This document shows positions 49,728-56,840 of a DNA stretch of 64,000 bases, one piece after another. The notes beneath the pieces are model-generated. The model made no database searches, was not told the origin of the DNA, and saw nothing but the letters and a program-made list of their open reading frames with translations. Every line of letters begins with the position of its first letter. Positions within the stretch are counted from its first letter, which is position 1. The position numbers and the translations under genes are program-made. Source of the stretch: a virus; IMG/VR virus record IMGVR_UViG_3300031951_000034, positions 1-64,000 of that record. One strand, 5' to 3'.

Positions 49728-51470
49728 ATGAACATATTTTGTTTTATTTTTGTTTACGTAGTTCTATCTGTTTCTGTTTTTGCACAGTCAAAGCCATTGG
49801 ACCTATCTAACGCTATTCTACAGTTAAGCGACTATCAGCAAAAAATTGCAAAGGGGCAAGCAAATGGATACGCTCCACTTGATTCTAGTATATTGGTTCC
49901 ACCTCAATATATTTTCCCAAATTTTAACTCAAGTCCATCTGGTACAATTTGGACTAAGTCTTCGAATGGGACACTTCAATCTATCTCAAATTCTCTTAAT
50001 TTTTATGATGGTGGGCTTTTGATAAATAGAGTGAAAATAGGTTCGCTAGGAGATGATAAATATGGAATATCTATTGATCCTAATCAATCTAACCCATTAT
50101 TTATAAGCGCTGGTTCATCTAGCGGAAGAATATATTTCCAAAACGGTAATGAGGTTGGGGCAGCAAACACAAATAATACAGATTATTTATGGTCAATAAA
50201 AAGCTCTGGTCAGTTTAAACTAGGTACAGGAAATTTTTCTGGTGACATAAATTTAGGTTCAAAAAATATAGTTGAGGTTAGTGAGATAAAACCTTCATCA
50301 CCTCTACCAGGTCAGTCATTAACTGGCATCAAGGTTAAACTATCTAGTTCGTCTCCAGAAATTTCTAGTCTAGGAGCAGACCAAACACTTAAATTTACTG
50401 GTTCGAATTTTAATCTAGGAATTAATGACATATCAGCAATTGATTCAAACTATCAAATTAAAAAGTCATTTGCATTAAACATATCAACTGCTGATGCTAG
50501 ATATGCGAAGCTTGGTACAGTAAATTCCTGGCCCCAAACTCAAAACTTTAATCAAGTAGCCCTAGGAACACCTCTTTCAACTCAATATGGCGGATTAGGG
50601 GTAGACCTAAGCACTGAATCTGGCAAGGCCATAGCAAGGACTAATCTTGGTATAGATCAAACCCAGCCATTCAATATTAGACTTCAGCAAATATCTAATA
50701 TGTCCCCCTCGATTAATTCATTTATTGTCGGTACTACCGGAAATGGTTTTGCGCAAAAGACAAAAGATGAAACAGTTCAAATACTGGGATTAGTTCCAGG
50801 ACAGAACATTCAACCATTCAGTACACTTTTGTCTTCTATCTCTAGCTCATCCAACAATACAGATAGCGGAGTTAAATATTTTTATGTACTTTCTGGCGGT
50901 GTAACTCCAACTGTAAATAGACGGTCATCTATAGATGCTAGGTCAGACTTAGGATTATCAATATTGGGCTCAAGCCTAGTCACAGCTACTTCAGCAACAA
51001 GTATGCAAGCACTTTTACAGCTTTTACCTGGAACACATGTTCAGCAATTCAATACCATACTATCTCAAATATCTTCAAATAATTGGACTGGTTCTACCTC
51101 AATAACTACTGTTGGTAATGTTGCGCAAGGGAGGTGGGAGTCTACAGCGATAACACCAAATAGAGGTGGAACTGGGTTAACTCAAGTACCCGCTCAAGGA
51201 CAAATTATTGCTGGAACATCTACTGGATCGTATGAACTAACTAGATCATTAACCCTTCAATCATTAGCGCTAACCTCTAACAGCACGTCAGTATCTCCAC
51301 TTACCACAAATTCAACTGCAAAAGTTAATAACTTAAATGCAGACCTCGTAGATGGAATAGATCTTAGCACTCAGTTAAATAAAACAGTAACTTTTATTGA
51401 CGGACAAACAAAAACTCATACAATTGTTATTGAAAACGGATTAATAAAAAGCTGGGAAAAGACACCTTAG
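49728..51470 (+). CDS. tail-fibre-like protein with an apparent N-terminal signal peptide
   Basis: Fibre motifs KGQANGYAPLD, ARTNLGI/ARSDLGL and ITTVG...W...AITPNRGGTG. N-terminus MNIFCFIFVYVVLSVSVFA-QS. Confidence 0.55.
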   Translation: MNIFCFIFVYVVLSVSVFAQSKPLDLSNAILQLSDYQQKIAKGQANGYAPLDSSILVPPQYIFPNFNSSPSGTIWTKSSNGTLQSISNSLNFYDGGLLINRVKIGSLGDDKYGISIDPNQSNPLFISAGSSSGRIYFQNGNEVGAANTNNTDYLWSIKSSGQFKLGTGNFSGDINLGSKNIVEVSEIKPSSPLPGQSLTGIKVKLSSSSPEISSLGADQTLKFTGSNFNLGINDISAIDSNYQIKKSFALNISTADARYAKLGTVNSWPQTQNFNQVALGTPLSTQYGGLGVDLSTESGKAIARTNLGIDQTQPFNIRLQQISNMSPSINSFIVGTTGNGFAQKTKDETVQILGLVPGQNIQPFSTLLSSISSSSNNTDSGVKYFYVLSGGVTPTVNRRSSIDARSDLGLSILGSSLVTATSATSMQALLQLLPGTHVQQFNTILSQISSNNWTGSTSITTVGNVAQGRWESTAITPNRGGTGLTQVPAQGQIIAGTSTGSYELTRSLTLQSLALTSNSTSVSPLTTNSTAKVNNLNADLVDGIDLSTQLNKTVTFIDGQTKTHTIVIENGLIKSWEKTP

Positions 51471-51473
51471 AAT

Positions 51474-51998
51474 ATGAAAGACATAGTTGAAGGAAATATA
51501 TTTGCGCCTGACTACATGACAATTCCCACTATTCAGGCTCCGTTACCAGGAAATGACCCAGTTGTGTATACAAGAGGGCAGACATTATCTTTTATGGTTA
51601 AGTATCCAGCTGGTACTAAAAGACTTTTATTTACTGTTAGTGGAAGAATTTATGCGTCTGGGGGTGAACTATTCAAACAAATAGTTTATCCAGACCCAAA
51701 CTCAGGTGGAGTAGCAGAGTTTACTGTTACTGGTGCAGATACTTTAGCTCTGCCGACTGGAATGTTTTATTGGGATATTTTTCAGTTGAGAGATGATGGA
51801 TCTAGAGATATATGGAACTCATACAATAAGGGAACATTTAATCTAGTTGATAGTCCATCTGTACATTTCCTAGAAAACGATATGCCACCTGAAGAATGCT
51901 GGACTAGCGACGAAATTCACGTCCCTGGGTGTCACGAACACTGCGACACTAAGGAATGTTTAACCGAGACGTCAGTAATTGATGCTGGTGAATATTAA
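51474..51998 (+). CDS. BppU-like Ig-fold virion protein with Cys/His-rich tail
   Basis: YTRGQTLSFMV...VTGADTLALPTGMFYWDI pattern. C-terminal ECW...HVPGCHEHCDTKEC. Confidence 0.45.
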   Translation: MKDIVEGNIFAPDYMTIPTIQAPLPGNDPVVYTRGQTLSFMVKYPAGTKRLLFTVSGRIYASGGELFKQIVYPDPNSGGVAEFTVTGADTLALPTGMFYWDIFQLRDDGSRDIWNSYNKGTFNLVDSPSVHFLENDMPPEECWTSDEIHVPGCHEHCDTKECLTETSVIDAGEY

Positions 51999-52047
51999 AA
52001 AAAATAATTATTGATTTTATGTCGGTGTCGTATAGAAATACTCATTT

Positions 52048-53199
52048 ATGAGATTTCACATTCTTGGATTGCCTCACACGGTTACAAATAAAGAATTTGT
52101 TGCCTGTGCGTACACACAAAAAGTATTAAAGTTTGGGAAGATGATGAAAGCTAGGGGCCATGAAATAATACATTATGGCCATGAAGATTCTGAGCTTGTT
52201 TGCGATGAACATGTGAGTGTCCTTACAAATAAAGACTTCAGTGATGTATATGGATCTCACGACTGGAGAAAAAAATTCTTCAAGTTTGACGTAAACGATA
52301 ATGCATATCAGACGTTCCATAAGAACGCAATAACAGAGATACAAAAGAGAAAACAAAAAAATGATTTTCTTTTACCTTTTTGGGGCTATGGGGTAAAGGC
52401 AATATGTGATGCACACGAAGACATGATTGTTGTGGAACCAGGAATAGGATACGCTGGTGGACATTGGGCTAAGTGGAAAGTATTTGAGTCTTATGCTATT
52501 TATCACGCTTATTGCGGATTACAGAATGTCGGTCAATGCAATCAATCATGGTATGATGTAGTTATTCCCAACTATTTTGATTTAAATGATTTCGAGTACT
52601 CAGATAAAAAAGAAGATTATTTTTTGTACCTAGGGAGAGTATATGACGGTAAAGGAGTTCATGTAGCAATACAAGCAGCTGAAAAAGCTGGAGTCAAGCT
52701 AGTTATAGCTGGCCAAAAAGATGAAAACTTCAAGATACCTAGCTCAGTTGAATATATTGGATATGCAGATATAGATACACGCAAAAAATTAATGAAATAT
52801 GCAAAAGCTAGTTTTATCCCAAGCATGTATGTAGAGCCTTTTGGTGGAGTTCAAATAGAGAATTTATTGTCTGGCACACCAACAATAACTACAGATTGGG
52901 GTTGCTTTGCAGAAAATAATATACATGGCATAACTGGATATAGATGCAGAACAATGGGGGACTTTATATCTGCAATAAAAAATATAGATAAAATAAAACC
53001 ATCGGATTGTAGAAAATGGGGAGAGAATTTTTCTTTAGAATCTGTTGGAGCGATGTATGAAAAATATTTTCAAGACGTATTAAATGTATATACTGGCAAT
53101 GGTTGGTATTCCGGTGAATCTGAGCTTTTTCTAAAGTATTTGGATAGAAACTATACATCTCTTGAGGGTAGTACAAAAGTTAACGAACTTATTCCATAA
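52048..53199 (+). CDS. glycosyltransferase, GT-B fold family 4
   Basis: EX7E motif (EPFGGVQIE), YLGRVYDGKG, SGTPTITTDWG. Confidence 0.88.
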   Translation: MRFHILGLPHTVTNKEFVACAYTQKVLKFGKMMKARGHEIIHYGHEDSELVCDEHVSVLTNKDFSDVYGSHDWRKKFFKFDVNDNAYQTFHKNAITEIQKRKQKNDFLLPFWGYGVKAICDAHEDMIVVEPGIGYAGGHWAKWKVFESYAIYHAYCGLQNVGQCNQSWYDVVIPNYFDLNDFEYSDKKEDYFLYLGRVYDGKGVHVAIQAAEKAGVKLVIAGQKDENFKIPSSVEYIGYADIDTRKKLMKYAKASFIPSMYVEPFGGVQIENLLSGTPTITTDWGCFAENNIHGITGYRCRTMGDFISAIKNIDKIKPSDCRKWGENFSLESVGAMYEKYFQDVLNVYTGNGWYSGESELFLKYLDRNYTSLEGSTKVNELIP

Positions 53200-53224
53200 T
53201 AAATTAGATATACAATTTTAGTAT

Positions 53225-53395
53225 ATGGGCAAAACGATTAGACGCTTAGGTGAACAAGCAGATGGTAAATCAAAAAGAAAAAATGATTACCACTCTTTTA
53301 TTAAAAAGAAAAAAAATAAAAGCGAAAGACGTAGAGCAAAACTAGATCCAGAGACTCCCCCAGCATACGGTAAGTACAAAGGATGGGAGACTTGA
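53225..53395 (+). CDS. small basic protein (56 aa), not in the ORF track
   Basis: Own translation: MGKTIRRLGEQADGKSKRKNDYHSFIKKKKNKSERRRAKLDPETPPAYGKYKGWET*. Confidence 0.6.
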   Translation: MGKTIRRLGEQADGKSKRKNDYHSFIKKKKNKSERRRAKLDPETPPAYGKYKGWET

Positions 53396-53398
53396 ATT

Positions 53399-53552
53399 AG
53401 AAGCAGCGGCGTGGAGAGTCAAACGGTTCGATGCATGGCTACATGCCGTGGGCAAAACCGAAGAGATAACGTGGACACGCAACAAGAGGAAGACGAACAC
53501 CTCATAAAAAACGGCTATCAAAATTAGATGGAGTAACGACCATCCTGCTTCT
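53399..53552 (+). ncRNA. tRNA-like structured RNA with expanded D-arm
   Basis: 8-bp terminal stem AGAAGCAG/CTGCTTCT, GCGTG/CACGC D-like stem enclosing a nested hairpin, T-like arm GATGG-AGTAACGA-CCATC abutting the terminal stem. Confidence 0.55.
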
Positions 53553-53647
53553 TTTTGTTTAACCAGAAAATGAAAAAATTAAAACAACTTTACTTATGCC
53601 TAGAAAGTCTCAGTATGGGATTTTCCGGTACCAGAAAATTACTAAAA

Positions 53648-53908
53648 ATGAATAAATATAAAATAGAGATGTCTCGTGGATGTACTGCAGACGCTTTCAT
53701 TGTTAATAATGAAGATTATTATGATCTTCCAGAAGATAAACAAAAAGAGTTCGTAGATTACGTCATAGAACAGATACGGGAAGCTATGAATAGATCAGAG
53801 ATTCACGCCCATACTCTTGTTGAGCTTTTTCAGCCAGATAATTGGGAAACGTCTGAGAGATGTGAGCAGTGCGGAGACTCGGTTCATACCGAATACTGGA
53901 ATTTATAA
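53648..53908 (+). CDS. hypothetical protein with C-terminal CxxC
   Basis: Start likely at 53648. Contains ERCEQCGD. Confidence 0.5.
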   Translation: MNKYKIEMSRGCTADAFIVNNEDYYDLPEDKQKEFVDYVIEQIREAMNRSEIHAHTLVELFQPDNWETSERCEQCGDSVHTEYWNL

Positions 53909-53909
53909 T

Positions 53910-54188
53910 ATGTATTTTCAGCTATCATTAAAAAACCTTTTTCAAACTAAAACTACTTACAAAAATATTTGCTCTATATTTAAGCAGGTCTCAAAAAATA
54001 AAAATATTGAGTTTGAGCTATTCTTCTTTAATGATTACACCTTTAAGGTAGAGCTAGACGCTAGTTTCATTACTGGAAGAGACCACGCTGGAGTATCTTT
54101 TGAATTAAATATTCTAGGAGCTTCTATTAATATTAATTTTTATGACTCAAGGCATTGGGACTACGAAAATAAAATCTGGGAAGAGTAA
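53910..54188 (+). CDS. hypothetical protein
   Basis: Start likely at 53910, 1 nt after the previous stop. Confidence 0.5.
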   Translation: MYFQLSLKNLFQTKTTYKNICSIFKQVSKNKNIEFELFFFNDYTFKVELDASFITGRDHAGVSFELNILGASININFYDSRHWDYENKIWEE

Positions 54189-54192
54189 AAAT

Positions 54193-54465
54193 ATGAATGA
54201 AACTGTAATACAAAAAATTACCGACTTAACCGACAAACTATACGAGTTAATTGGTCGGGACCACCACAAGGACCGAGACTGTCATTATTTTATAGAGACA
54301 AAGTGGAGCTACGGAAGACCACCGGTATATGTGATTGTACATAATGGATATATTTTTGATGACATCAGTGAAGAATGGGCTAGTTATGAATTGGCCTGTA
54401 TAAGGTTAAAAGAATTGCTGGAAAGACATGTAAAGTATTTAATGGAATTAGATACGGAACAATAG
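54193..54465 (+). CDS. hypothetical protein
   Basis: Start likely at 54193. Contains DHHKDRDCHY. Confidence 0.5.
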   Translation: MNETVIQKITDLTDKLYELIGRDHHKDRDCHYFIETKWSYGRPPVYVIVHNGYIFDDISEEWASYELACIRLKELLERHVKYLMELDTEQ

Positions 54466-54606
54466 GGGGGGTACCTCAAAAATATACATTTTTTGCCATA
54501 ATATAATGTAGATATCCTTTATCTATCTAATATATTGTGTAAGCCTTTGGTTTATTGGGTATATTTGTATTTATCATATTGTAGTTTAGTATTGATCATA
54601 AGTTGA

Positions 54607-54655
54607 TGGTTAAATCACGCCAATCCTCTTTGGATGGGGGATTGGCGTGAAACCA
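54607..54655. other. strong hairpin upstream of tRNA
   Basis: 12-bp perfect arms TCACGCCAATCC/GGATTGGCGTGA plus an outer TGGTT/AACCA pair. Confidence 0.7.
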
Positions 54656-54675
54656 ATTTTACAATAATTATTATT

Positions 54676-54748
<73 letters not shown>

Positions 54749-54810
54749 CTTTTTTGTGGTGCATACTTTTAGTGTAATAGTTAAAGCCTGATTTAATCTA
54801 TTAACACTAA

Positions 54811-54881
54811 ACTCGACTTGGCGAGTATAAACAGGTATCTAAGCCAAGTGCGGCAAACCATATGAGTATGGTTGCAATATC
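54811..54881 (+). ncRNA. pistol-class self-cleaving ribozyme (atypical cleavage junction)
   Basis: P1 ACTCG/CGAGT, loop ACTTGG pairing with CCAAGT (pseudoknot), ATAAACAG linker, CTAAG, GCG core, P3 GCAAACCATA/TATGGTTGC, P2 GGTAT/ATATC. Confidence 0.75.
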
Positions 54882-55018
54882 CCGATAGCAGCGTTTTGCT
54901 ATCGGCTAGTTGCCTCATTGAACGATAATGAGGTGAAACTGCATGGGAACGATCATCGTTCGATTAGAGCAGTGCAGTGGCTAGAAAAACCGGTGTTCCT
55001 ATACAGAGCTCTACCGGC
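54882..55018 (+). ncRNA. unknown structured RNA: hairpin + three-way junction with complementary loops + hairpin
   Basis: CCGATAGCA/TGCTATCGG, CTAGTT/GGCTAG closing stem, CCTCATT/AATGAGG with loop GAACGAT, ACTGCA/TGCAGT with inner loop ATCGTTC, CCGGT/ACCGG. Confidence 0.55.
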
Positions 55019-55043
55019 AATTTTCGTCGCCGACAGGCAAAAA

Positions 55044-55113
55044 AACCTCTAACCGAGGTCATAACTTTAACCCGTAAAATAGGGTTAAAGACATTGACTC
55101 TCGGTTAGAGGTT
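55044..55113. terminator. 70-nt long inverted repeat at a convergent junction (bidirectional terminator / processing hairpin)
   Basis: AACCTCTAACCGAG/CTCGGTTAGAGGTT (14 bp) + GTCA/TGAC + CTTTAACCC/GGGTTAAAG. Overlaps the stop codon of the minus-strand gene. Confidence 0.6.
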
Positions 55114-55818
55114 ATTTCCATATAGCGGATCGTTACGCTTTTTGTTAGCTACTGAGTTAATTTCGGACGACAGGTTGTTTACTATGTCCTCCAATTGATC
55201 TTCAGAGATCCATGGCAACATTTTGATTTGCTTAAACAGAAGAACGGACTGGTCTCTTATGTATTCATTTAAGAGTCCGGTAGCATAATCTGATTTTGAA
55301 TCCATTTGATTCATCTCTGCTCCGTATGTGCTGCCAAGATATTTCTCTGGCATTTTTGCAAAATGCAATTGAGGAGGAGGAGCAGTAAAGCCTTCCTGAT
55401 CTAGTACAACACCAACTAAAGAGGATATATCAGTTGAAAATAATTCAGAATCGTCATCGTCATTTAGAGAAACCTCTATTACGCCCCATGTAAATTCTGC
55501 AACGGTCATTTCTGCTAATTCGTCTGGATCATTTTCATTATTTAACACAGAGCATACTGCTGTGAACGCTACCCAGTCTTTATAGAAACTATTACTAGTA
55601 ATTGACGATATTATAGAGTGTAATCTATCAAGATTCTCTTCATCTATTTTTACGTCCAGTGTATCAGTAAGCTCCATCGCAAGAGTCTCTGGTTCCCATT
55701 CGTAAATGTCAGTACCAAAAAAATGAAGAGCTATTGCATGAGACACAGTAGCCATTGTACCAGGGGTAGCCATTATTCTTCCAGCTACTTCCTGGTCTTT
55801 TGTTTTGTATGGTAACAT
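55105..55818 (-). CDS. hypothetical head/packaging-module protein
   Basis: 237 aa, coupled (3 nt gap) to the upstream minus-strand gene. Confidence 0.55.
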   Translation of the reverse strand: MLPYKTKDQEVAGRIMATPGTMATVSHAIALHFFGTDIYEWEPETLAMELTDTLDVKIDEENLDRLHSIISSITSNSFYKDWVAFTAVCSVLNNENDPDELAEMTVAEFTWGVIEVSLNDDDDSELFSTDISSLVGVVLDQEGFTAPPPQLHFAKMPEKYLGSTYGAEMNQMDSKSDYATGLLNEYIRDQSVLLFKQIKMLPWISEDQLEDIVNNLSSEINSVANKKRNDPLYGNNL

Positions 55819-55821
55819 TAC

Positions 55822-56838
55822 TTATAGGTATGAAGCTAAAACTTTTCTCTGTTCTTCGCTTAGTCCAGCGATCTTGCTCAAATCCTCAGAATCAGTTCCA
55901 ATACCTATTTCCTCAAAAGCTTCTTTTGTTAATGCAGACTTAAAAACTTCTTGATCAATTGACTGGAGGTCTAATAAAGAATATTTCTCTTCACCCAGTT
56001 CAATTAGGCTTGCCATTTTCTGTGCTTCAACCATGGAAGTATTAAATACACTTTGAAACGGATCTTGAATAGATTTGCCGTAAAATCTTTGAAGCTTGTT
56101 TTGTTGATCAATGGTTTCTAGCATCTCTGCTATCTTTTTCATTCCATCCATCGTCTTCTCTTCAGAGCTTTCAAGAGCGTCTGCTATCTTGCAGAGAGCC
56201 ACTTTATCCGAATCGTCAGAAAGTCTAACGGCTCTTGCCTTGACTTGTTCAGCTAACTTTTGTGTGTTTGTGATATTTCTCCCAGAAACTTGAAGTATTC
56301 TATCTGGAATATTCTTATTGAATTTAGAAAGCTCGTTCGCGATTTTTTCCGCGCACGCAACTTTTTCATTAAAAGTGCATTTATCAATCAAATTAGATAT
56401 AAACTCGTTCGAGAACTTCTCTATGTTTGTTTGATCACCGGCATATTTAATTGTTTTGCCGTTTTTATTTGTTAGCGTTATTTCCCATGTGTCTTCATGG
56501 CTTGCTATCTTGTTGCTTAAAGCTGTTTCACTTTTAATTTGTTCCTTAAGCTTTTCAACGTCCTCGGAAATATTAAAAAAGCTTGCTGCTTTGATTATCT
56601 TTTGTTCGACCTCGTTATTTGGATTGTTAGCTCCATAATAATACGCAGCACTAACAAATACATTCGCTGGATCCGTTATTGGTAGGCTTCTCGTGCTTTC
56701 AGAGGCAAAAGCAGAGTCTGGCAAAGAGCTTAATTCATCTTGCTCTAAAGAGCTTGCTTCTTTTATAAAGTTTGGTACTTCTTTATCTTTAAAAATTTTG
56801 ATAAAGTTATAACCGTAGTCGTAGTAAAAGTCTTTCAT
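55822..56838 (-). CDS. K-x-A-rich putative head protein
   Basis: 338 aa with about 14 K-x-A motifs. LPDSAFA motif is seen in phage head-internal proteins. Confidence 0.55.
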   Translation of the reverse strand: MKDFYYDYGYNFIKIFKDKEVPNFIKEASSLEQDELSSLPDSAFASESTRSLPITDPANVFVSAAYYYGANNPNNEVEQKIIKAASFFNISEDVEKLKEQIKSETALSNKIASHEDTWEITLTNKNGKTIKYAGDQTNIEKFSNEFISNLIDKCTFNEKVACAEKIANELSKFNKNIPDRILQVSGRNITNTQKLAEQVKARAVRLSDDSDKVALCKIADALESSEEKTMDGMKKIAEMLETIDQQNKLQRFYGKSIQDPFQSVFNTSMVEAQKMASLIELGEEKYSLLDLQSIDQEVFKSALTKEAFEEIGIGTDSEDLSKIAGLSEEQRKVLASYL

Positions 56839-56840
56839 AT

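Noticed and set aside
37193-51998. Diversity-generating retroelement or invertible fibre cassette
   Set aside because: No reverse transcriptase or recombinase gene is present, no TR/VR pair differing at adenines was seen, and no inverted crossover sites were seen.
53555-54192. Longer 5' extensions given by the ORF track for 53555, 53817 and 54142 (likewise 9752, 27818, 48624, 61897, 63584)
   Set aside because: They overlap upstream genes or RNA elements. Downstream ATGs give the tight gene packing seen elsewhere in the window.
54466-54600. AT-rich gap starting GGGGGGGTACC as a replication origin or genome end
   Set aside because: No iterons or other supporting repeats are visible, so it cannot be supported from sequence alone.
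54900-54945. Hammerhead ribozyme suggested by TGAGGTGAAAC
   Set aside because: The CUGANGA core is absent in the required position.
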